Positions 9,179 through 18,819 of a stretch of 64,000 nucleotides of DNA are shown piece by piece. This DNA is from Bacteroidales bacterium (GTDB taxonomy: Bacteria; Bacteroidota; Bacteroidia; Bacteroidales; UBA4417). The DNA lies in the NCBI GenBank assembly GCA_963677975.1, contig OY782677.1, positions 710,774 to 774,773 on the forward strand. The letters run 5' to 3'. Each line of letters starts with the position of its first letter. The first letter of the stretch is position 1. The notes beneath the pieces were generated by a model. It was not told the origin of the DNA. It ran no database searches and saw only the letters and a program-made list of their open reading frames with translations. Position numbers and translations under genes: made by a program.

Positions 9179-10642
9179 ATGATCACCGGAGAACTAAAAT
9201 CACAAATAGATAAAGTCTGGGAAGCGTTTTGGACCGGGGGGCTTTCAAACCCCCTAACTGTTATTGAACAAATGACCTTTTTGCTTTTTATCCGCAGGCT
9301 GGATGAACTGCAAACACAACGCGAACAAAAGGCAAACCTGCTTAATAAGCCTATCGAAGATCCTATTTATACCGAAGCCGAATACGAATTGCGCTGGAGC
9401 TGGTTCAAGAATATGGACCCGGAGGTAATGCACAAGATGTTTACAAAGAATGATGGCGTATTCGATTTTCTGCGTAATGTAGGCAACCGGAGTGCTGCAT
9501 TCAGCAAGTTTATGAAGGGTGCAACCTTTATGATTCCCACACCGCGTTTGCTAGCCCAGGTGGTTGAAATGCTCTCGAATGTGGATATGCGCGACCGTGA
9601 CACCAAAGGTGATGTCTATGAGTATCTGTTAAGCAAAATTGCTACTGCCGGCCAGAACGGGCAGTTTCGCACGCCCAGGCATATAATCCGCATGATGGTT
9701 GAACTGGTACAACCTACCATCGAAGATGTGATCTGCGACCCAAGTTCAGGTACATGTGGTTTTTTAACGGTTGGCGGTGAATATATCCGTGAGCATTACG
9801 AAAACGAATTGTACAGGGAAGATGTAAAACAGCATTTCCAGAACAGGATGTTTATGGGGATGGAGTTCGACCCTACCATGATCCGCATAGGCGCCATGAA
9901 TATGATACTCCATGGTATCGAAAACCCCCAGCTATACGATGTGGACTCCCTGAGTGAAGCCAACACCGGTTTTACGGATAAAGCTACCCTGGTGCTCTCC
10001 AATCCTCCTTTTAAGGGAAGACTGGACCGTGAAGCCGTGGATGGCAAAATCCTGGCCGTGGTGGATAGCAAGAAAACCGAATTGCTTTTCCTTGCCCTGA
10101 TTTTACGTGGTTTACGGCTTGGCGGGCGTGCAGTGGTGATTGTTCCTGATGGGGTATTATTTGGAAGCAGTAAAGCCCATTTGCAGATACGCAAGGAGAT
10201 TATTGACCGCCAGAGGTTACAGGCTGTTATATCCATGCCCAGTGGTGTGTTTAAGCCCTATGCGGGTGTAAGCACAGCCATATTGCTATTTACCAAAACC
10301 AACAGCGGTGGAACCGACCAGGTATGGTTTTACGATATGAAAGCCGATGGCTATAGCCTGGATGATAAACGCAGCCCTATTGAAGCCAACGATATTCCGG
10401 ATATTATCGAACGATTTAAAAACCTGAATCAGGAAACCAACCGCAGCCGGACCGACAGCAGCTTTATGGTTCCTGTTATCGAAATACGGGATAATAAATA
10501 CGACCTTAGTATTAATCGCTATAAAGAAGTAGTGCATGAAGTAAAAACGTATCAGGATCCTTCGGTTATAATCAGTGAGATTGAAACCCTGGATAAAGAA
10601 CGGGCGGAATTGTTAAACCAATTAAAAACAATGTTGGCATGA
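9179..10642 (+). CDS. hsdM: Type I restriction-modification methyltransferase subunit M (m6A)
   Basis: MITGELKSQIDKVW start, GQFRTPRHII, motif I DPSSGTCGF, motif IV NPPF, IVPDGVLFG, FKPYAGVST. Confidence 0.97.
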   Translation: MITGELKSQIDKVWEAFWTGGLSNPLTVIEQMTFLLFIRRLDELQTQREQKANLLNKPIEDPIYTEAEYELRWSWFKNMDPEVMHKMFTKNDGVFDFLRNVGNRSAAFSKFMKGATFMIPTPRLLAQVVEMLSNVDMRDRDTKGDVYEYLLSKIATAGQNGQFRTPRHIIRMMVELVQPTIEDVICDPSSGTCGFLTVGGEYIREHYENELYREDVKQHFQNRMFMGMEFDPTMIRIGAMNMILHGIENPQLYDVDSLSEANTGFTDKATLVLSNPPFKGRLDREAVDGKILAVVDSKKTELLFLALILRGLRLGGRAVVIVPDGVLFGSSKAHLQIRKEIIDRQRLQAVISMPSGVFKPYAGVSTAILLFTKTNSGGTDQVWFYDMKADGYSLDDKRSPIEANDIPDIIERFKNLNQETNRSRTDSSFMVPVIEIRDNKYDLSINRYKEVVHEVKTYQDPSVIISEIETLDKERAELLNQLKTMLA

Positions 10643-11787
10643 GGTGGGATTTTGTTCGATTAGGTGATTTAGCAACATTCGTAAATGGATTTCCTTTCAA
10701 ACCAAGTGAATGGACAAACGAAGGCATTGAAATAATCCGTATTCAAAATCTAACCAAAAGCTCCTCTGAATCTAACTATTATGATGGTACAATCCCTGAA
10801 AAATACAGAGTAAAGAATGGTGATATTTTAATATCCTGGTCAGCAACTCTTGATGTTTTTGTTTGGGATGGTAGCGATGCCTGGCTAAACCAGCATATCT
10901 TTAAAGTTGTATTTGATAAAACAGATATTGATAAGAAGTTTTTTATTTACCTGATAAAAAATGTTCTGGAAGAAATGCGTCGATCAGTTCATGGAGCTAC
11001 AATGCAACATATAACAAAAGACAGGTTTGATAATTTACAAGTTCCACAGCCCCCACTCCCCATCCAGAAACGCATTGCCGAAATCCTGGACGCAGCCGAT
11101 GCCTTAAAACGCAAAGACCAGGAATTACTTAAAAAATACGATGAATTGGCTCAAGCAATTTTTATTGATATGTTTGGTGATCCGGTGCGTAATGATAAAG
11201 GATGGAAATTGAAGAAAATAAAAAAGATTACTTCATTAATAACCTATGGGTTAACAGTTAGGCCCAAATATTTGGAGCAAGGAATTCCTTTGATATCAGC
11301 TCGTGAATTGCGAGATGGTTTTATTAATTATCATCTTGCACCAAAGATTTCTATTGAAGATTTTAATAGTCTCTCAAATAAATGCAAACCCCAAAAAGGT
11401 GATATTCTTTTCTCGAAAACAGGTTCAATAGGACTTTCGGCAGTTGTAGTAAAAGATATTCATTTTGCGGTAACTCAAAATGCTGCAAGGATAACTTTTG
11501 ATACTTCTTTAATTGACATTCGTTTTATATTTTCCTTATTGAATACTGAAAGTTTTATTAATGCCTGTGTGAGATTAGTAAAAGGAAATGCTGTAAAAGA
11601 TCTTCAATTGGGTGATTTTTCGGAAATTGAGATAATTGTACCACCACTTGACATACAAAAACAGTTTGCATTAAAAATTGAGAAAACAAATCAACTGATT
11701 ATTATATCTAAACAAGTTGAAGATAATTCTAAATTTCTGTTTAATTCCCTTATCCAAAAAGCATTCAATTGTGAACTTATAAATTAA
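10639..11787 (+). CDS. hsdS: Type I restriction-modification specificity subunit S
   Basis: Two AT-rich TRDs separated by the conserved helix PPLPIQKRIAEILD...MFGDP, with C-terminal PPLDIQKQF...SLIQKAF. ATGA overlap with hsdM. Confidence 0.95.
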   Translation: MRWDFVRLGDLATFVNGFPFKPSEWTNEGIEIIRIQNLTKSSSESNYYDGTIPEKYRVKNGDILISWSATLDVFVWDGSDAWLNQHIFKVVFDKTDIDKKFFIYLIKNVLEEMRRSVHGATMQHITKDRFDNLQVPQPPLPIQKRIAEILDAADALKRKDQELLKKYDELAQAIFIDMFGDPVRNDKGWKLKKIKKITSLITYGLTVRPKYLEQGIPLISARELRDGFINYHLAPKISIEDFNSLSNKCKPQKGDILFSKTGSIGLSAVVVKDIHFAVTQNAARITFDTSLIDIRFIFSLLNTESFINACVRLVKGNAVKDLQLGDFSEIEIIVPPLDIQKQFALKIEKTNQLIIISKQVEDNSKFLFNSLIQKAFNCELIN

Positions 11788-11792
11788 TTATT

Positions 11793-12299
11793 ATGAACAT
11801 AGCCCAGACACAAATTGCGTATCATACATTCAACATCAATAACAATAATATAAATTTGAATGTCGTATTTATACAGCAGATTTTAAATACTATATTACAA
11901 GTTAATTTGGAACGCCCACCAATAGCACCTCAAAAAGCATTGTCAGATGCTATAGTTTTTGCCTTTAACGATCACATTCCTGGATTCTCATCAACACGAG
12001 CTGATTTATTATGTCATTTAGGTTTAAATTATCAATATGATGGAATGATAACAATCGGTCAGAATAGAATTGGTATAGAAATTCAGTTCAGGCCCGATTT
12101 CCTAAAAGACATTACCAGGTTTCAAATTGGATTTCACGCAAATAGGTTTCAGGCTATAGTTTATATAGTCAGCATTGATAGAAGAACCATTCAACCAAAC
12201 TCATCTATGCCTCAGTTTGCTTCAGTAAACAGACATATTCAATTATTAAATTGGTTAAACATACCGATAATAGTTATAGGTGTTAATTGTATAGGTTAA
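11793..12299 (+). CDS. Putative BglII/BstYI-like PD-(D/E)xK-fold nuclease inserted in the hsd operon
   Basis: YDG...IGIEIQF...KD..RF...AIVYIV...PIIVIGV matches the D...ExQ variant active site. The gene starts 5 nt after hsdS, and its TAA overlaps the hsdR ATG (TAATG). Confidence 0.55.
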   Translation: MNIAQTQIAYHTFNINNNNINLNVVFIQQILNTILQVNLERPPIAPQKALSDAIVFAFNDHIPGFSSTRADLLCHLGLNYQYDGMITIGQNRIGIEIQFRPDFLKDITRFQIGFHANRFQAIVYIVSIDRRTIQPNSSMPQFASVNRHIQLLNWLNIPIIVIGVNCIG

Positions 12300-15200
12300 T
12301 GAGTAATTTCTCCTTTATACCCTCTAAATGGGCTACGCTCGCCAAAGCTCCTCAGGAAGCCGAAAAGCATGTGTATAATGCACCTCTTTATGCTGCTATG
12401 CTTTGCCGCAAAAGCCTCGAAGAATGGGTACGATGGATATTTGAACATGATGCCGACCTGGTACTGCCTTACGATACTTCACTCAGTTCGTTAATGTACG
12501 ATCAGGGTTTTAAGAATATAGTTGCACCCAGCCAGTTTAACCAGATTAACCTGGTGCGCAAAACAGGCAATGCCGCTGTGCACACCAATGCAAATGTAAA
12601 ACCTCAGGAAGCCTTGCACAGCCTTCACCTTCTGCATGGATTTATCGGCTGGATAGTACAGGTATACAACGAAGAAAAAATTAAGGTTCCTGTTTTCGAT
12701 GAAAACCTTCTTGCCCGGGAACCCGGCAGGGATAAAAGCAAGGAGGAACTTAAAAATCTGGAACAGGCTTACTACCAGCAGCAGGAAGTACTCAAAAAAC
12801 TGCAGGAAGAACTGGCCGGCATTAAAGCCATCAAGGAACAAAATATTTCGTTTGTCCCGCCGCCCCTTGATCCCAACGAGGATTTTACCCGCAAGCTTTA
12901 TATCGATACCCTCTTGCGTGAAGCAGGCTGGGATCCGCAGGGAAACAATGTTGCGGAATTCCCGGTATTCCATATGCCACAGGATCAAGGTACCGGGGGA
13001 AAAGGCTGGGTGGATTATGTGCTTTGGGGTAACAATGGCAAGCCGCTTGCTGTGGTCGAAGCCAAACGAACCCGGCGCGATGCCCGTGTGGGCCAGCACC
13101 AGGCCATGCTTTATGCAGATTGTCTTGAGATTGAATGCGGTCAGAGACCCGTTATATTTTACTCCAACGGATACAAAACCTGGATGTGGGACGATACGGA
13201 TTATGCTCCCCGCCAGGTATATGGATTTTATACAGCCGACGAATTACAGGCGCTTATTCAGCGCAGGACCCTCAAAATTCCACTTTCAGGCAGGCCGGTG
13301 AACCAAGCCATAACCGACAGGCATTACCAGCACGAAGCTATACGTATGGTAAACGAAGCATTGGAGAAAAATCACCGGGAAGCCTTGCTTGTGATGGCTA
13401 CCGGTACGGGTAAAACAAGGGTTTCGGCTTCCATTATCGATTTGCTGAGCAAGGCTAACTGGATTAAACGGGTATTGTTTTTAGCCGACCGCAATGCACT
13501 TATCCACCAGGCAAAGGTAAACCTGAACGATTACCTGCCTCATTTGCCTGCGGTTGATCTTACAAAGGAAAAAGAGGACGAAAGCAGCCGGATTGTTTTC
13601 TCCACCTATCAAACCATTATCAATATGATTGATGGTGAAGTTGACGGGGATAACCGTTTTTATGGGGTCGGGCATTTCGATCTGATTGTTTTTGACGAGA
13701 TACATCGTTCGGTGTACAACAAGTACAAACATATTTTCAAATACTTCGATGGGATCAGGCTCGGGTTAACAGCCACGCCAAAAACCGATACACATAAGGA
13801 TACGTACGAACTCTTCAACCTCGAACCCAACAATCCAACCTACGCGTATGAACTTGAACAGGCGGTAAACGATAAATTCCTTGTTCCGCCCAAAGCTATT
13901 TCTGTGCCCATCAAGTTTCAGCGAAAAGGAATCAAATATGCCGAACTCAGTGATGACGAAAAGCAAGCCTACGAAGAGCAGTTCGCTGATCCTGTTACCG
14001 GTGAATATCCCGACGAAATTGAAGCAGATGCCTTAAATGCCTGGCTGTTTAATTCCGATACGGTGGATAAGGTAATTGCTCATCTGATGCTTTACGGTAT
14101 AAAAGTAGAAGGCGGGGATAAACTGGCAAAGACCATAATTTTTGCCCGTTCGCACCTTCATGCCAAATTCATCGAAGAAAGGTTTAATAAGCAATACCCG
14201 TCTTACAAAGGGGCCTTTTTCAGGGTAATTGACTACCAGGAAGAATACAGGTATGATTTACTGAATAAGTTTAAAATAACCGATAACATGCCCCAGGTTG
14301 CTATATCAGTTGATATGCTGGATACAGGTATTGATGTTCCTGAAGTATGTAACCTTGTCTTTTTCAAACCTGTACGAAGCAGCACCAAATTCTGGCAAAT
14401 GCTTGGCCGGGGCACCCGCCTGTGTAAAAATTTGTTTGGCAAGGATGATGATAAACGGGAGTTCGTGATTTTCGATTTTTGCGAGAATCTTGAATTCTTT
14501 AATGTAAATCCCAAAGGATTTGAAGCCAATAGTTACAAAACCTTAAGCCAGCGCTTGTTTGAACTGCGTTTGCGGCTTGCCTTTGTGTTGTTAAGCCAGG
14601 AAGAAACTGAGTTGAAGGAATACGGACAGGCACTAATAGACCAACTAATAAAACAAACACAGGCTTTAAATACTGATAGTTTTATTGTCCGCCAGCATTG
14701 TGAGGTAGTGGAGAAATACCAGGATCCGAACAGTTGGAATGCGCTCAGCGATTTGGATATACGCGAGTTGTTCACCCACATCGCGCCCCTGATGGCCGAA
14801 ACCGAACAGGATGAAATGGCTAAACGTTTCGATGCGCTGATGCTGGAGTTGCAATTGAGCGTATTAAACGGGGAGAAGAAACAAGCGGGACTGATACAAA
14901 AGGTTGTAAGCACGGCTGCCAAACTTAGCAAAAAAGCAAGCATTCCTTCCGTCGCTCTGAAGATGGATACCATTAAAACCATTCAGGATAAAACCTTCTG
15001 GAAGGCGGCTACAATTCCTGCTATTGAACGTATACGGGTCGATCTGCGTGAACTTATGAAATTCCTCGACTTTGAAACCAGGCCAATGTATTTTACCGAT
15101 TTTGAAGATGAGCTTGAGGGAAACATAAAGGAATTCCAGCTGGTAAAGAATTTTAACGACCTTGATGCGTACAAACGCAAGGTGGAGCAATTCCTGAAAG

Positions 15201-15628
15201 AGCAGGCCAACCATATTACCATTTACAAACTCCGGAATAATGTACCCATCACCAAACCCGAACTGGATGAACTGGAACGCATGCTTTTCCGGCAAGGTTC
15301 AATCGGCACAAAGGAGGAATTTGTAAAAGTTTATGGCGAAAAGCCTTTGGGGAAGTTTGTACGTGAAATAATCGGTATGGATATCAACGCGGCAAAACAG
15401 GCCTTTGGTGAAATCCTGTACAACCAGACGCTTAACTCCGTGCAGATACGATTTATAAATAAGATTATCGACTTCCTGGCTGTGAATGGCATTATTGAAC
15501 CGGATAAGCTTTTTGAGCCCCCGTTTACCGAAGTAAGTTCGGACGGGATGGGGATTTTTGATAAAACCACATCAACCCGGATTATACAGTTGATTGAGAG
15601 GGTGAACAGGAATGCGGAAGTGGCGTAG
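12299..15628 (+). CDS. hsdR: Type I restriction endonuclease subunit R (EcoEI/type IB-like)
   Basis: Nuclease motif VDYVLW...VEAKR, Walker A MATGTGKT, DEIH, GLTATP, MLDTGIDVP, QMLGRGTR and an EcoEI_R_C-like tail. The start is most likely 12299 (MSNFSF) rather than 12287. Confidence 0.96.
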   Translation: MSNFSFIPSKWATLAKAPQEAEKHVYNAPLYAAMLCRKSLEEWVRWIFEHDADLVLPYDTSLSSLMYDQGFKNIVAPSQFNQINLVRKTGNAAVHTNANVKPQEALHSLHLLHGFIGWIVQVYNEEKIKVPVFDENLLAREPGRDKSKEELKNLEQAYYQQQEVLKKLQEELAGIKAIKEQNISFVPPPLDPNEDFTRKLYIDTLLREAGWDPQGNNVAEFPVFHMPQDQGTGGKGWVDYVLWGNNGKPLAVVEAKRTRRDARVGQHQAMLYADCLEIECGQRPVIFYSNGYKTWMWDDTDYAPRQVYGFYTADELQALIQRRTLKIPLSGRPVNQAITDRHYQHEAIRMVNEALEKNHREALLVMATGTGKTRVSASIIDLLSKANWIKRVLFLADRNALIHQAKVNLNDYLPHLPAVDLTKEKEDESSRIVFSTYQTIINMIDGEVDGDNRFYGVGHFDLIVFDEIHRSVYNKYKHIFKYFDGIRLGLTATPKTDTHKDTYELFNLEPNNPTYAYELEQAVNDKFLVPPKAISVPIKFQRKGIKYAELSDDEKQAYEEQFADPVTGEYPDEIEADALNAWLFNSDTVDKVIAHLMLYGIKVEGGDKLAKTIIFARSHLHAKFIEERFNKQYPSYKGAFFRVIDYQEEYRYDLLNKFKITDNMPQVAISVDMLDTGIDVPEVCNLVFFKPVRSSTKFWQMLGRGTRLCKNLFGKDDDKREFVIFDFCENLEFFNVNPKGFEANSYKTLSQRLFELRLRLAFVLLSQEETELKEYGQALIDQLIKQTQALNTDSFIVRQHCEVVEKYQDPNSWNALSDLDIRELFTHIAPLMAETEQDEMAKRFDALMLELQLSVLNGEKKQAGLIQKVVSTAAKLSKKASIPSVALKMDTIKTIQDKTFWKAATIPAIERIRVDLRELMKFLDFETRPMYFTDFEDELEGNIKEFQLVKNFNDLDAYKRKVEQFLKEQANHITIYKLRNNVPITKPELDELERMLFRQGSIGTKEEFVKVYGEKPLGKFVREIIGMDINAAKQAFGEILYNQTLNSVQIRFINKIIDFLAVNGIIEPDKLFEPPFTEVSSDGMGIFDKTTSTRIIQLIERVNRNAEVA

Positions 15629-15679
15629 GATTTTCCGCAAAAATAAATACTATTTTATTCTAAGGTTTAACCTAGTGCA

Positions 15680-16345
15680 ATGAAAATACAAGTCCCTTAT
15701 TTTCTTATTAAGATTGGTCAGCAGAAGTATATTGAAGCTCTTCGCAACCAAGGTCATTTATATCTGAACACAGTAAACTATTTTAAAGGTATAGAAGAAG
15801 CTCAACGGGGTGATGCAAACGAAGGTGTTGGAAGAATAGAACAGGTCAATTGGTTGAAAATTCAGATTGGAGACAAAATAATCGAAATGAAAAAAGACCA
15901 ACCTTTGAATAGGCTTGTTAATGCGCAATTAAGAATAACTAATCCTGAATTACAAGGGAATATTTATTCTATGATTTCAATTTCATCAGATACAACAGCA
16001 AATGAAGCAATCAATGATGAACGCAACTCTATTCTAGGTGATACTTTCCTCATTATAACTAATGTTTCAGAATTCATTAAACGCATTAACAATCAGCTTA
16101 AGATTCTTGGTTTAAAACCCCAATATGGCTATGTATCCTATTACGATCCAAATATACACAATGGTGATTTAAACATATTCCAAAAAGAAATTCGGTTTAA
16201 ACACCAAAGCGAATTCCGGCTATTTATTGAACATCAAATTAATAGTGTATTACAATTCAAAATAGGGACAATTGAAGACATTTCGCGAATATTTCCAATT
16301 AGTGAATTTAAAAATATTAAGTTAATGAGTGGGAAGAAAATCTAA
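15680..16345 (+). CDS. Hypothetical protein, possibly DUF2971/AbiGi-like (ART-like fold)
   Basis: AT-rich 221-aa ORF with motifs GHLYLNTVNYFK, RGDANEG, IYSM, VSYY and FQK..FKHQSEFR. The Q/E-x-E-x-R ending resembles DUF2971/AbiGi. Confidence 0.55.
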   Translation: MKIQVPYFLIKIGQQKYIEALRNQGHLYLNTVNYFKGIEEAQRGDANEGVGRIEQVNWLKIQIGDKIIEMKKDQPLNRLVNAQLRITNPELQGNIYSMISISSDTTANEAINDERNSILGDTFLIITNVSEFIKRINNQLKILGLKPQYGYVSYYDPNIHNGDLNIFQKEIRFKHQSEFRLFIEHQINSVLQFKIGTIEDISRIFPISEFKNIKLMSGKKI

Positions 16346-16596
16346 AATGTTCCAAAACCCAGCTATACAAAAGATTATTTAAATAATTAATTTGTTGGAA
16401 TATACAATTCCAGATCGAATTATGATTTATTACATGAATGAAATAATTATTATTATAGATGTCAAAGTGAAATGGAATTTTTAAAGTCAAGAGGAGTAGA
16501 TGCGAAATTTTTAATGATGACAAAAAGATTTTGAATTATGCGAAAAAACCAAATGAGGTGACAGAAAATAGTACGAATCGATAAATACAGATAGTT

Positions 16597-17601
16597 ATGA
16601 TTGAATTAGCCAATTATTCACAGCTTTATCCATATTTACCAATAGAAATTCTGTTTTTTTTTAATGCAGAATCTAATAATGGGAAACTTGTCCAGAAAGA
16701 AATTTCTATGTTTTGTAATCATTACAAAATAAAATATAAAACACCGGATATTCCTCAACCAAGAATTGTTTCAAAAATTTGTGATATTCTCTGTGAACAC
16801 AACCAATTATCAATTCTAAAGCAATCTGGACCAGATAATCTCGATAGTAGCTATATTTGCTTTATTAAAGATCGTAATTTGATAGAAAATTCATTAGTTC
16901 AAAACATTTTTAACACAAAACTTTCATATATTATTTATGGTTTTAAATACATTTATGCAGATTATAGAAAATTTGTTTTACCAATAGAGTATACAACTAA
17001 TTCGGGTAATAGAACTCTTGGAACTTGTTTTATATACAACCACGGGTTAGCGACTGCAAAACATTGTATTGAAGGCGCAAAAAAAATATCAATACAAGGG
17101 ATTTTTAAAAATGATTTGCAAAATGCAAAATTTGAAATTCATGAAAATGAATTAATGGATTTGTTGTTTATAAGATTTCAAAAGGAGATACCCGATTCTA
17201 TATTATTCAGCGAAAATGCCGAATTACTTGATGAAATAATGACATTGGGGTATCCCAAAATTGCTGGATATCATAATTTTTTAACAGCTGAAAAAGCAAA
17301 TATTTCAGCTAGATTTACAGCAACTGTTGGTCAAATTGCATCAAATGCAAGGGATATTTGGATTCGCGAAAACTTATTACTAATTACTGCAAAGATAAAA
17401 GGGGGTAATAGTGGTGGACCTGTCATAAGCAGGAATGGGTCTGTTATTGGAGTTTCAGTAAATTGTGCTGAAGGAGAAGGGGACTATGATGACCTTGGTT
17501 ATGGAACAGTATTACCTGTTTCATTTTTGGATGAAATCATAAATAATAATGTGAAAAAATATCTTGATATTAGTTCTATTGAATTTATTGATTTTAAATA
17601 G
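16597..17601 (+). CDS. Cytoplasmic trypsin-like serine protease with an uncharacterised N-terminal domain
   Basis: Catalytic triad motifs TAKHC, MDLLF and GGNSGGPV, plus TLGYP. No signal peptide. Confidence 0.85.
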   Translation: MIELANYSQLYPYLPIEILFFFNAESNNGKLVQKEISMFCNHYKIKYKTPDIPQPRIVSKICDILCEHNQLSILKQSGPDNLDSSYICFIKDRNLIENSLVQNIFNTKLSYIIYGFKYIYADYRKFVLPIEYTTNSGNRTLGTCFIYNHGLATAKHCIEGAKKISIQGIFKNDLQNAKFEIHENELMDLLFIRFQKEIPDSILFSENAELLDEIMTLGYPKIAGYHNFLTAEKANISARFTATVGQIASNARDIWIRENLLLITAKIKGGNSGGPVISRNGSVIGVSVNCAEGEGDYDDLGYGTVLPVSFLDEIINNNVKKYLDISSIEFIDFK

Positions 17602-17968
17602 GATAATTGGATAAAGCCAATAATCTAACAATAGTCATTATTGATATCCATCCCCAGGGTAAACTTCAAATAATTTGTGTAGTTCTAAAAGACAAATTGC
17701 CATTTGATTAAATTAAATAATAAGTTATTTTAGCTAATGTAAAAGTTAGTTAAATTTTGGCTAGTCAACTTATTTACTGTTTCATTAGTGCAAATTTCAA
17801 AATCGAATAATGATATCCGATTTTTACTATTATATCCTTAAAGCGCCCTTTTCTGAATATTCCGGCCAAATAGAGCCAGTAAATCCGGACGAAAGTGAGC
17901 CACTAATCCGGTTGAAAGTGAGCCAGTAGGCAAGGAACAATGGTGTGGTAAAAATAGCTTTTTTCTTT

Positions 17969-18697
17969 TTATGTTTTCTTTCTTAATGATTCTCCTTTTA
18001 ATTCAATTCTATGAGCTGAACCTGACAATCTGTCCATTATTGCATCAGCTAAAGTGGGTTCATCCAGATACTGATACCATGATTTTACAGGAAGTTGGGA
18101 TGTGATAATGGTTGCACGTTTTCCATAACGGTCTTCCAGCAGTTGTAACAGGGTGAGTTTAGTATTGTGATCCAATGGAGCCAGCCCAAAGTCATCCAGT
18201 ATTATGAGCGGGATTTTTTCTAATTGATTGAGCAGTTTGATATAAGATCCATCGAGTCTGGCCTGGATCAGCCTTTCAATAAATCTGTTCATTCCCAGGT
18301 AATACACTTTGTAACCTAAGGAACAGGCCTGCCGACCTAAAGCACAAGCCAGATAACTTTTGCCACAACCTGTGGCACCGGTAATCAGTATATTTTCACT
18401 TCGTTGAATGAAGCTGCAATCCGAAAGAGAGAGTAATTCTTCACGTGAGAGGTTGCGGTTAGTTGAGCACTGTATCTGCTCTATAACGGCATCATAGCGG
18501 AGTTTACTCAGTTTAAGATACATCTGAGTTCTTAGGCCAGTGCGGTTTTGACCTTCGGCTTCCACCAATCGGGCAATCAGTTCGTGGGAAGTTGGTTGTT
18601 CGTGCGTAGGAAGTGCGAGGGCTCCCCGGTATGCTTGCGCCATACCATTTAACCTGAGTTGTTCAAGTTGTTCTAAGGTTGCATTTGTGTTAATCAT
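17969..18697 (-). CDS. istB: IS21 helper ATPase IstB
   Basis: GATGCGKSYLACALG, IILDDFG, LEDRY, ITSQLP, ADAIMDRL, ELKGESLR. Confidence 0.96.
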   Translation of the reverse strand: MINTNATLEQLEQLRLNGMAQAYRGALALPTHEQPTSHELIARLVEAEGQNRTGLRTQMYLKLSKLRYDAVIEQIQCSTNRNLSREELLSLSDCSFIQRSENILITGATGCGKSYLACALGRQACSLGYKVYYLGMNRFIERLIQARLDGSYIKLLNQLEKIPLIILDDFGLAPLDHNTKLTLLQLLEDRYGKRATIITSQLPVKSWYQYLDEPTLADAIMDRLSGSAHRIELKGESLRKKT

Positions 18698-18819
18698 AAT
18701 GATTTGGTTTTAAAGAGTGGATAGTGTTGTGAAGTATGCTAACCTTCTTTTCCGCCCCCTTCCTGTGGGCATGTGGGCAGATATAGGAAGGGGAGCGGAG
18801 AAGAAGAGTAATCCGGGAG

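Noticed and set aside
10639-11787. Phase-variable (invertible) hsdS shufflon
   Set aside because: There is only one hsdS. No silent TRD copies, flanking inverted repeats or tyrosine recombinase were seen.
17860-17927. ~23-bp repeats at 17860-17927 and 20520-20610 as CRISPR or iterons
   Set aside because: They are the normal multiple transposase-binding repeats inside IS21 ends.
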